From an uncultured Pseudomonadota bacterium (GTDB lineage: Bacteria > Pseudomonadota > Gammaproteobacteria > Steroidobacterales > Steroidobacteraceae): a stretch of 64,000 nt of DNA. The first letter of the stretch is position 1; each line of letters opens with the position of its first letter. The notes beneath the pieces were generated by a model, which saw only the letters and a program-made list of their open reading frames with translations, was not told the DNA's origin and searched no databases. Location of the stretch: positions 136,033 to 200,032 of the forward strand of contig CAWBTE010000005.1 of the NCBI GenBank assembly GCA_963791615.1. Reading direction: 5' to 3'. A program made the translations under genes and the position numbers. This document shows positions 7,054 to 14,587 of the stretch, one piece after another.

Positions 7054-9120
7054 TCAAAACTCGTTATCCGTCACGCGATGCTCGCCATTGCGCGTAGTTC
7101 TGATCGTAGTCAGCGTAGCGTCCGTATAGATATGACACGCACCCGCACAGTTGCGCAGCTCGCTGACCGTGTACTTGGACACATTATTGACCTTGGTGTG
7201 CGGACCGGATTCATAGTCGTTCGCATGACAGCCGGCGCAGGCAGGTCGATAGGTGGCATTGCGCCAGGTAGCTGCATCGGTGTTGGTGGTATGGCAGCTG
7301 ATGCAGGTCAGGCCCAGTCGCGAGTTGTGGTTACCCGGATATTCACTGGAAGTATGCGTAAAGGTCAGCGGCGTCCACGCCGTGGTGGAGTGACAGACAA
7401 TGCACTCACGCGAGGTGGTCATGTGTCCGCTGTCCTTGCCGGTCGCAGAGGTGCCGTTATGGCATGCAGCACAGCCACCAGTAACGCCAACATGACTGAA
7501 CGTTGCCGGCTTCCAGGCCAGTGTTGAATGGCAGGAATCGCAAGAAGTGGTAGTCGGTATGTGCGTGACCGGCTTGCCGGTGGACGTCACACCATTGTGG
7601 CAAGTAGCACAGGTGCCTGCCTGCACGCCGGCATGATCGAAGCGGGCGGGTCGCCATGCAGTGCTGGTATGGCAGGTTTCGCAGGTATTGGCAGAAACAA
7701 TGTGATTGACCGACTTGCCGGTAGCCACTGTGCCGTTGTGGCAGGAATAGCAGCTGCCCGTCACCTGCGTGTGATCCACCGTGCTCACGGGCTTGAACGT
7801 TGCTGTCACGTGGCAGCTTTCGCACAAGTTGCTGGTACTGACATGCGCAAGGTTCTTGCCGGTCGCCGTCGTGCCATTGTGACAACTGAAACAGTTGCTG
7901 GTGATACCGTCATGACTGAAACGCGCCGGTGTCCAGGCCAGTGGCGAATGACAACTGCCACAGTCTGCGGTAGTCACCACATGCCCTGCCGGTTTGCCGG
8001 TTGCGGTCGTACCGTTGTGACAGGACGTACAACTGCCCGTCACTTGCGTGTGATCAACACGCGTCGCTGGCCGCCACGCAGCCGGCGTATGGCAGTTCTC
8101 GCACAAACCACTGGAAAGTATGTGCGTGGCGTTCTTGCCGGTTGCTCTCACACCATTGTGGCAACTCGAACAGCCGGAAGTAATGCCGGCATGGTCAAAA
8201 GTATTGGTTGTCCATGTCGAAGTGACATGGCACGTACCGCAATCGGCCGTTGTGGTGATATGCGTGGCGGACTTGCCCGTAGCCGTCGTGCCATTGTGGC
8301 AGCTGGCGCAGGCGCCCTGCACCTGGGCGTGATCCACTGTGCTCACCGGTCGCCAGACGCTGGTGACGTGGCAGGTCTCGCACAGGTTACTGCTGGCGAT
8401 GTGCGTAACGTTCTTGCCCGTAGAACGCACACCATCATGACAACTGGCGCAGTTGCTGCTGATACCGGCGTGAGTGAAGGTCGCCGGCCTCCAGGCGCTG
8501 GTGCCATGACAGGTATTGCACTCCGCCAGTGTTGGAATATGAGTGGCCGCCTTGCCAGTGGCCTGCACACTGTTGTGACAATTCGAGCAGCCTCCGGTGA
8601 TACCGGTGTGATCAAAACGCGCCGAGTTCCAGTTCAGAGTGCTGTGACAGGAGCGGCAATCCAGTGTGGTTTGCACATGTCCCGCCGGTTTGCCTATGGC
8701 TTGCAGATTGTTGTGACAGCTGGCGCAGGAACCAGTGACCTGCGAGTGATCAAAGCGACTGGCCGGGGTCCACGCTGTAGTGGTATGGCAATCAGCACAG
8801 TTGCTGCTGCTCAGCACATGATTGGGTGACTTGGCGCTGGCCAGTACCCGGGTACCGGCGGAGTGGCATCCGGCACAAGTGGCCGGCGTTCCCTTGAACA
8901 GCCCATCCACATGGCAGGTTTCGCAGCGCACCTGACGATGCTGGCCAGTCAGCTCGAAACCCGTGGTCAGGTGGTCGAACTGATTCATGATACTGACGCC
9001 AGAAGAGGCTTCATCGGCCGCTTGCACATCGGCTACCAGCAGCGTACCGACCATGATCAGGCACAACACCGGCCATAGTGTGCGTAATCGATACAGAGCA
9101 GGTGCGAACAGCGTGTTCAT
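7054..9120 (-). CDS. Secreted multihaem c-type cytochrome, 25 CXXCH + 1 CX3CH, ten tandem paired-CXXCH units
   Basis: ORF 7054..9180. The ATG at 9120 (MNTLFAPALYRLRTLWPVLCLIMVGTLLVADVQA) has GAGG upstream and lies 8 nt after the previous stop. I counted the motifs by hand: CETCH, CAGCH, CADCH, then 10 units of C-x-x-CH-N-G-x-x-ATGK-x-x-x-H...C-x-x-CH...W-x-P-x-x-F-D-H, then CISCH, CAGCH, CAGACH. Confidence 0.9.
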   Translation of the reverse strand: MNTLFAPALYRLRTLWPVLCLIMVGTLLVADVQAADEASSGVSIMNQFDHLTTGFELTGQHRQVRCETCHVDGLFKGTPATCAGCHSAGTRVLASAKSPNHVLSSSNCADCHTTTAWTPASRFDHSQVTGSCASCHNNLQAIGKPAGHVQTTLDCRSCHSTLNWNSARFDHTGITGGCSNCHNSVQATGKAATHIPTLAECNTCHGTSAWRPATFTHAGISSNCASCHDGVRSTGKNVTHIASSNLCETCHVTSVWRPVSTVDHAQVQGACASCHNGTTATGKSATHITTTADCGTCHVTSTWTTNTFDHAGITSGCSSCHNGVRATGKNATHILSSGLCENCHTPAAWRPATRVDHTQVTGSCTSCHNGTTATGKPAGHVVTTADCGSCHSPLAWTPARFSHDGITSNCFSCHNGTTATGKNLAHVSTSNLCESCHVTATFKPVSTVDHTQVTGSCYSCHNGTVATGKSVNHIVSANTCETCHTSTAWRPARFDHAGVQAGTCATCHNGVTSTGKPVTHIPTTTSCDSCHSTLAWKPATFSHVGVTGGCAACHNGTSATGKDSGHMTTSRECIVCHSTTAWTPLTFTHTSSEYPGNHNSRLGLTCISCHTTNTDAATWRNATYRPACAGCHANDYESGPHTKVNNVSKYTVSELRNCAGACHIYTDATLTTIRTTRNGEHRVTDNEF

Positions 9121-9128
9121 GGATACCT

Positions 9129-10700
9129 CTATTGCATCCGCACTTGCTTGAAGGAAATTGTGGTGTGACAACGCTGACACTGCCGGCCAAACTGACCGAA
9201 GTGCACGTCATCGCGCACATGACATGAACCACAATCGCGGGACAGCTTCACTTCACTGGCAGGCTGTTTATGGCAGCCAGCGCAGTCCAGCTTGGCATGT
9301 GCGCCAGTCAATGCAAAACGCGTGGCCTTGCCATGATCAAAGGTCCAGATATTCCAGCCGTTACTGTTGTGGCAACTTGCGCAGTTCTTGCCCAAGCCAC
9401 CCTTGTGTACATCGTCGGAAGCGTGGCAACTGCTGCAATCCGTTTTCACATCCTTGAATTGCTGCGTCAGGTGACACTGCTCGCAGGGAACAGCGACATG
9501 CAACCCCACCAGCGGAAAATCCGTCAGGTCGTGATCGAAGCGGATCTCGCCACGCCAGGTGTTCGCCACATGGCATTGATCACACTGCTCACCCAGTTTT
9601 CCGGCATGTGCATCCTGCGCGCGATGACAGCCGATACAGGTCGTACCCAGCTTCTGCGTGGCAATGTTGGCCGTATGGCAGGTATCGCAACTGAGTTTTG
9701 TGTGCGGCCCGGTCAGCGCAAATTCAGTATCGCGCGCATGGTCAAAGGTCGAAGTTTTCCAGTCGGTGCTGTTGTGGCACTGGTCGCACTTGTCGCCCAT
9801 ACGGCCGGCATGCGAATCCTGCGCCTTGTGGCAGCCGCTGCAGTCCTTGGGGATGGGATCATTCATGCGGCCCGTGGTATGACAACTTACGCAATCGGTG
9901 CGGGCATGCGCACCGTTCAACGCAAAGCCGGTTTCCCTGGCGTGATCAAACTTCGCAGTGGTCCAGCTGATTGTGGAATGGCATTGATCGCAAGTAGTGC
10001 CGCGCGTCGTCCGGTGCACATCATCTGGTGCATGGCAGGACACGCATTGCATCGGCGTGTTTTTATAGCGATTGCCCGCATGACAGGCTGAACACTGAAC
10101 TTCAGCATGTTTGTTGGCCAGGGAAAACCGCGTCTTGCCGTGGTCATATCTGGCATTCAGCCATGTGACAGAGCCATGGCAGGCCGCGCAGTCAGCGCCC
10201 AGTTGGCCGCCGTGTGGTTCATCCTTCTTGTGGCAGGCAACGCAGGTTGATTGTGCTTCGCGGTACTTCTTGCCTGTCTGATGACAACTGGCACAGGCCA
10301 CTGTGACATGCGCATCCCGCAAGGCAAAGTCAGTGCGCTGATGATCAAACTGCTCAGGAACAATCTTGACGATATCCCCATCGCGACCAATATGCTCGGT
10401 ATGACAGCCCTGACACTGTACGGTCGCGGCGTTGGGCATCTTGCCGTGAAAGCCGCTGCGCTTTTGCACATCAACCGCGACATCCTTGTGACAACTCAGG
10501 CACAAACTGGTCTGGGTTACCTTGTTGGTGCGGTCATGGCAATTGCTGCACTCGGCTTCCAGCTTGGCATGGGCATTACTGACCTTGCCGGGCATCAGCA
10601 ATGTCTCGAGGCTGGCCGCAGAAGCGACATGAGTTAATGACACAGCTAGCAACATAAGCAGTAGCGCAATCAGTCTGTTCCTGTATGAGTGCCAAACCAT
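9129..10700 (-). CDS. Secreted multihaem c-type cytochrome, 21 CXXCH, seven cytochrome c7-type trihaem modules
   Basis: 523 aa with signal peptide MVWHSYRNRLIALLLMLLAVSLTHVASAAS. 21 CXXCH counted by hand. The recurring module is F-DH..T.F.L.G.H....C..CH...(10-15)...C..CH..(D/Q)D.H.G..G..C..CH, as in polymerised c7 domains. Confidence 0.9.
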   Translation of the reverse strand: MVWHSYRNRLIALLLMLLAVSLTHVASAASLETLLMPGKVSNAHAKLEAECSNCHDRTNKVTQTSLCLSCHKDVAVDVQKRSGFHGKMPNAATVQCQGCHTEHIGRDGDIVKIVPEQFDHQRTDFALRDAHVTVACASCHQTGKKYREAQSTCVACHKKDEPHGGQLGADCAACHGSVTWLNARYDHGKTRFSLANKHAEVQCSACHAGNRYKNTPMQCVSCHAPDDVHRTTRGTTCDQCHSTISWTTAKFDHARETGFALNGAHARTDCVSCHTTGRMNDPIPKDCSGCHKAQDSHAGRMGDKCDQCHNSTDWKTSTFDHARDTEFALTGPHTKLSCDTCHTANIATQKLGTTCIGCHRAQDAHAGKLGEQCDQCHVANTWRGEIRFDHDLTDFPLVGLHVAVPCEQCHLTQQFKDVKTDCSSCHASDDVHKGGLGKNCASCHNSNGWNIWTFDHGKATRFALTGAHAKLDCAGCHKQPASEVKLSRDCGSCHVRDDVHFGQFGRQCQRCHTTISFKQVRMQ

Positions 10701-10703
10701 GAA

Positions 10704-11651
10704 CTAATACACATGCACCGCGATGACATGCACGATGCCGGCAATCAGCAGCATGAAGAACAGTGGCAGGTGCATCACATGCCACAATGAGAACAACTGG
10801 GTGTAAGCCTGAAATTCAGAGACCTCGCGCGTAGCGCGGAGCCGCTGGGAAACATAGCCGCGCGCTGTTTTCGACAGGCGTTGCTGCTGCCGGGCCATGA
10901 CATTTGACTGTGTAGCTGCTGCGCGCAAGGCACGCCGCACGTAGCGATTCAGCCGGCCACGCGCCAGCCAGCTCATGAAAAATGCACAGGTGGGGCGAAG
11001 CAACATCGGGCAATTTTCAACACGTTGCAGCAACTGCCGTTCTTCAGCGAGCAGACGATCGAACAACTCTGGCAGGAAGGTGACCGACAGTGAGACCTTG
11101 CGGAGCCGATCAGCATTGGCCTGCAATTCGGCCATCGTGGTGGCGCGTTCGCTCAGGCCATGGTGGATGCGCGTATAGATGTAGCGACCAACCAGGCCGC
11201 TGCCAGAGACAATCAGCATGCAGTACAACGCGACATTGCTGTTCACTGCGCCGGTACTGAAATTGGCGTGATACAGAACCAGGATTGGCCCCACCAGGCC
11301 CAGCACCATGTGTGTCTGGAACCAGGCCTTCACGCTGCCCATAAAAGACAGCCAGCGCCAGCGCTTGCGCGCCGGATACAACAGCAGCACCAGCATGGCG
11401 CTGCCGCCGACAATGCCCAGCACGTAACCCAGACCACGCTCCGGCGTCAGATAGCGATGTGTAGGCAGATTCAAGCCCAGTAGCAACGCCAACAGACAGG
11501 CCACGAAGAACAGCCCCTGAGCAGAAAGCAGAGGCCGCAGCCGGTGCGCCCAGCCGGCTCTGTTTACAACAGGTGTCGCCGGTGTCCCGGGTAACGACGA
11601 TACGGTATGACTTGCGATTGACCGTTTGGCGAGGTTGCTGTGCGCCATCAC
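10704..11651 (-). CDS. Polytopic inner-membrane protein with His-rich TM helices (function unknown; possible redox/haem-b protein)
   Basis: 315 aa with about 5 hydrophobic helices (LFFVACLLALLLGLNL, GYVLGIVGGSAMLVLLLY, THMVLGLVGPILVLYHANF, VALYCMLIVSGSGLVGRYIYTRIHH, LWHVMHLPLFFMLLIAGIVHVIAVHVY). The start overlaps the ccmI-like stop (TGATG). The start is either GTG 11651 or ATG 11648. Confidence 0.6.
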   Translation of the reverse strand: MMAHSNLAKRSIASHTVSSLPGTPATPVVNRAGWAHRLRPLLSAQGLFFVACLLALLLGLNLPTHRYLTPERGLGYVLGIVGGSAMLVLLLYPARKRWRWLSFMGSVKAWFQTHMVLGLVGPILVLYHANFSTGAVNSNVALYCMLIVSGSGLVGRYIYTRIHHGLSERATTMAELQANADRLRKVSLSVTFLPELFDRLLAEERQLLQRVENCPMLLRPTCAFFMSWLARGRLNRYVRRALRAAATQSNVMARQQQRLSKTARGYVSQRLRATREVSEFQAYTQLFSLWHVMHLPLFFMLLIAGIVHVIAVHVY

Positions 11652-12934
11652 GGCACCGCTCTGGAAATATTCAGCGCCACCGCCTGCGCTGCGCGCGTCG
11701 ATACAGTGACCGCAGCCGCCTGCAAGTCACCCGACTTGGCCAGTGCCTGGCCACTGCGGGAGAGACGCGCTTCCACAGTCACCTTCTCAAACTGCGACAA
11801 CTTGCGTGTCGGCATCATGGCCATGCTGTCATCCAGCACAAAACTGGCCGGCCAGGATTTGATAGTAGTGCGATAAGCCGCAACTGGCGCCGCCGAGTCG
11901 ACAGACTTGGCGTAGACAAACAGAACCATATCCGCAGTTACATATTTTCTGAGCGATGGATCAAGCGCAACGCTGCCACGAATCTGTGCGGTGGCCGCAG
12001 CCGACTGTACGACCTGCGTTGCTGCGGTAACAGGGGCAGCAGAGCTCGACAACGATCTGGATTCCGCAATGTTGGCGTCAATGATCTTCACATCCGGCGA
12101 AGTATCCGGTGTTACAGCACGTAGCTGCTGCCAGAGCTTCACGGCATCCGGGTAACGATGTTCTTCGTAAGCCAGGCTGGCTTTCAACCACAGGGCCTTG
12201 CTGTGCCCGGGTTCCAGCTTCAGCGCGGCTTCAAGCGCCGCACGCGTTTTTGAGTTCGTCAGCGTATCCGCCGCCGCAGCACTTGCATCAGCGTAGTCGG
12301 CCCATGCATCAGCATTCATGGCTTTGAGTTCAATTGCATGTTCATAGGCTGTAATCGCGCCAGCAAAGTCGCGGATTTTGCGCTGCAACTGCGCAATGGC
12401 CAGCCAGGCCGCCGCATCCCTGGGTTTGACTGCTACCACTTGTTGATACATTTTCAGTGTCGCTTGCTCGTCAATGTTGCCGGGGGCTGCGGGCATTGTT
12501 GCGGTGGAGGCAGTGTCAGCTTTCAGCTGATGCTGCCCGGCCAGTGCCGCACCTGCGGTATCACCCATGAATTCGTAAGATTGTTGTAGCAATTGCCAGT
12601 CGGCATCGCTGCCGTTACCCGATGCCAGTTTGCTGGCCAGTTTGGCCGTCGCCTCAGCCATCGAGCCAACGCTGCTGGCAGAGCCACCGGAAATATCTGG
12701 ATGGCTGCTCGTCATCGCGTTTGCTGCTGTCTGATCCGCCAGCTCGGGGCGTCCCACCGTGAAGTAAATAGTCATCGCAATCGCCAGGAATGCAGCCATG
12801 CCGGCAGCAAGTATCCATCTGGAGCGACTGGTCTGCGTGTTATCGGTCTGGTTATCACGACGCCACAGCTGTACGACAAAAAATGCCGCAGCCAGACCAG
12901 CCATGAAACCTGCGATGAACCAGAAATAATTCAT
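11648..12934 (-). CDS. ccmI: CcmI/CycH-like c-type cytochrome biogenesis (apocytochrome chaperone) TPR protein
   Basis: 428 aa. The N-terminal TM (MNYFWFIAGFMAGLAAAFFVVQLWRR) plus a second TM, the TPR-like repeats (AAWLAIAQLQRKIRDFAGAITAYEHAIEL, SKALWLKASLAYEEHRYPDAVKLWQQL) and the C-terminal LFVYAK...FVLDDSMAMMP...EARLSRSG segment are all characteristic of CcmI. Confidence 0.7.
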   Translation of the reverse strand: MNYFWFIAGFMAGLAAAFFVVQLWRRDNQTDNTQTSRSRWILAAGMAAFLAIAMTIYFTVGRPELADQTAANAMTSSHPDISGGSASSVGSMAEATAKLASKLASGNGSDADWQLLQQSYEFMGDTAGAALAGQHQLKADTASTATMPAAPGNIDEQATLKMYQQVVAVKPRDAAAWLAIAQLQRKIRDFAGAITAYEHAIELKAMNADAWADYADASAAAADTLTNSKTRAALEAALKLEPGHSKALWLKASLAYEEHRYPDAVKLWQQLRAVTPDTSPDVKIIDANIAESRSLSSSAAPVTAATQVVQSAAATAQIRGSVALDPSLRKYVTADMVLFVYAKSVDSAAPVAAYRTTIKSWPASFVLDDSMAMMPTRKLSQFEKVTVEARLSRSGQALAKSGDLQAAAVTVSTRAAQAVALNISRAVP

Positions 12935-13276
12935 GTTGTACTTTCAGCGTTCCTGATGATCAGCTCATGAAATGAGCGACAAAACCAGCCAGCGGTTGTG
13001 ATCAACGATGTCAATGCAAAGCATGAGACAGCAAGGAATATTAAGACGTACTGCAAGTCTCACAACGCAGACTCGGGAATGCAGCAAACCACGTTTATAT
13101 GCTTAATTTCCATTAAGCGTTTTTGTTGTGCGGATGTAGAGACAGCAACTAATTAACCTGACTAACGTGCAACAACGCACATAATCTGCATCACTCATTG
13201 CAGACAATGATCACTGTAATCAAGCCATGTGATTTGGCTGGTCATTAGACGAAATTTTCTGCTGCGGAGATTCTGA

Positions 13277-14587
13277 TTGAACGGCTTGCTGTACATAGTT
13301 TACGGACTACCTTTGTTGCTCATCTGGTGGCTTTACACCAGAAGCAGGAAAGCCGTGCACAGCGCCAACGTCGAAGTGTTCGAGGACTCACGCAGTGCCG
13401 GATTGCTTGAGCCGGCATCATTACATCCGGTGATTGATCCGAATCTCTGCGTCGGATGCGGCTCCTGCGTCAAAGCCTGCCCTGAACAACCCGAACACAG
13501 TGTGCTCGGTTTGATCAATGGCAAGGCTCAGTTGATCAGCCCCACCGATTGCATTGGTCATGGCGCCTGCAAGGTCGCCTGTCCCATGGATGCCATTTCA
13601 CTGGTGTTTGGCAGCGCCACGCGTGGCGTGGATATTCCCCTGATCAATTCGCACTTCGAAACCAATGTACCGGGCATTTTCGTAGCGGGCGAACTGGGCG
13701 GCATGGGACTTATTCGCAATGCACTTGAGCAAGGCAGTCAGGCGGTCGAGGCCATTTGTCAGCATCGGCCCCGTGGCAAGCAGGAACTTGACCTGGTCAT
13801 CGTGGGTGCGGGCCCAGCCGGCTTTTCCGCATCGCTGGCTGCGCTAGCAAAGAATCTGCGCTTTGTTACGCTTGAACAGGACTCATTGGGCGGCTGCGTA
13901 TTCCAGTATCCGCGCGCCAAGCTGGTCATGACCGCGCCTGCAACCCTGCCCATCGTCGGAAAAATAAATTTCAAACAGACTTCGAAGGAAGCACTGCTGG
14001 ATTTCTGGGTCGAGACCGAACGCAAGACCGGCGTGAAGATCAACTACAAGGAACGGGTCGATGTGATTCTCAACCTGAAAGACCAGGGCTTCCTGGTGCG
14101 CACGCCACTTGGCGAATATCTGACCCGTAACATCCTGCTCGCCATTGGTCGGCGTGGCACGCCGCGCAAGCTGGGTGTGCCCGGCGAAGAATTGCCCAAG
14201 GTGGTGTATCGCCTGATTGATCCCGAGCAATACGCTCATCAGCGCGTATTGATTGTGGGCGGCGGCGACAGCGCCCTTGAAGCCGCAACCAGCATTGCTG
14301 CAGTTGACGGCGCGCACGTCACCCTGTCATATCGCGGCGCAGTCTTTGATCGCGCCAAACCCAGCAATCGCCAGCGACTGGAGGCTGCCGTGAAAACCGG
14401 CAGCGTTGACCTGCTGATGAGTACACAGGTACAACAGATTGAACAGGATGCGGTCATCCTGCTGCAAGGCGACAAGAGTGTCGCGGTAGAAAATCAGTCC
14501 GTAATTGTGAATGCGGGCGGTGTCCTGCCCAACGATTTTCTGCGCAAGGTCGGCATTGAAATCGAGACCAAGTATGGCACCGCATAA
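13277..14587 (+). CDS. Membrane-anchored 2x[4Fe-4S] ferredoxin domain fused to an FAD/NAD(P)-binding (thioredoxin-reductase-like) oxidoreductase
   Basis: 436 aa, TTG start with GGAG 7 nt upstream. It has an N-terminal TM (LLYIVYGLPLLLIWWLY), two Cys clusters (CVGCGSCVKACP, CIGHGACKVACP) and two dinucleotide folds (LVIVGAGPAGFSASL, VLIVGGGDSALEAA). Confidence 0.85.
   Translation: MNGLLYIVYGLPLLLIWWLYTRSRKAVHSANVEVFEDSRSAGLLEPASLHPVIDPNLCVGCGSCVKACPEQPEHSVLGLINGKAQLISPTDCIGHGACKVACPMDAISLVFGSATRGVDIPLINSHFETNVPGIFVAGELGGMGLIRNALEQGSQAVEAICQHRPRGKQELDLVIVGAGPAGFSASLAALAKNLRFVTLEQDSLGGCVFQYPRAKLVMTAPATLPIVGKINFKQTSKEALLDFWVETERKTGVKINYKERVDVILNLKDQGFLVRTPLGEYLTRNILLAIGRRGTPRKLGVPGEELPKVVYRLIDPEQYAHQRVLIVGGGDSALEAATSIAAVDGAHVTLSYRGAVFDRAKPSNRQRLEAAVKTGSVDLLMSTQVQQIEQDAVILLQGDKSVAVENQSVIVNAGGVLPNDFLRKVGIEIETKYGTA

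Noticed and set aside
7400-8800. Regular ~140-bp periodic repeats that could be mistaken for a CRISPR-like or satellite array
   Set aside because: The periodicity is entirely explained by the ten paired-CXXCH protein units. The repeats are imperfect at the DNA level, contiguous without unique spacers, and in frame.
7528-8829. 433-aa plus-strand ORF, plus several shorter ORFs on both strands, across the 25-haem cytochrome gene
   Set aside because: It is antisense to a gene with 25 hand-counted CXXCH motifs and a signal peptide. The long open frame is a by-product of the GC-rich ~140-bp coding repeats. It has no motifs and a low-complexity Arg/Ala/Gly composition.
12935-13276. Possible FNR/CRP-type box (TTGTGATCAACGATGTCAATG) and the AT-rich hairpin GCTTAAT-ttcc-ATTAAGC (13101-13118) in the divergent promoter region of the cytochrome locus
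   Set aside because: The first does not fit TTGAT-N4-ATCAA or TGTGA-N6-TCACA at proper spacing. The second is a short weak AT stem. Neither can be supported without a motif scan or comparative data.
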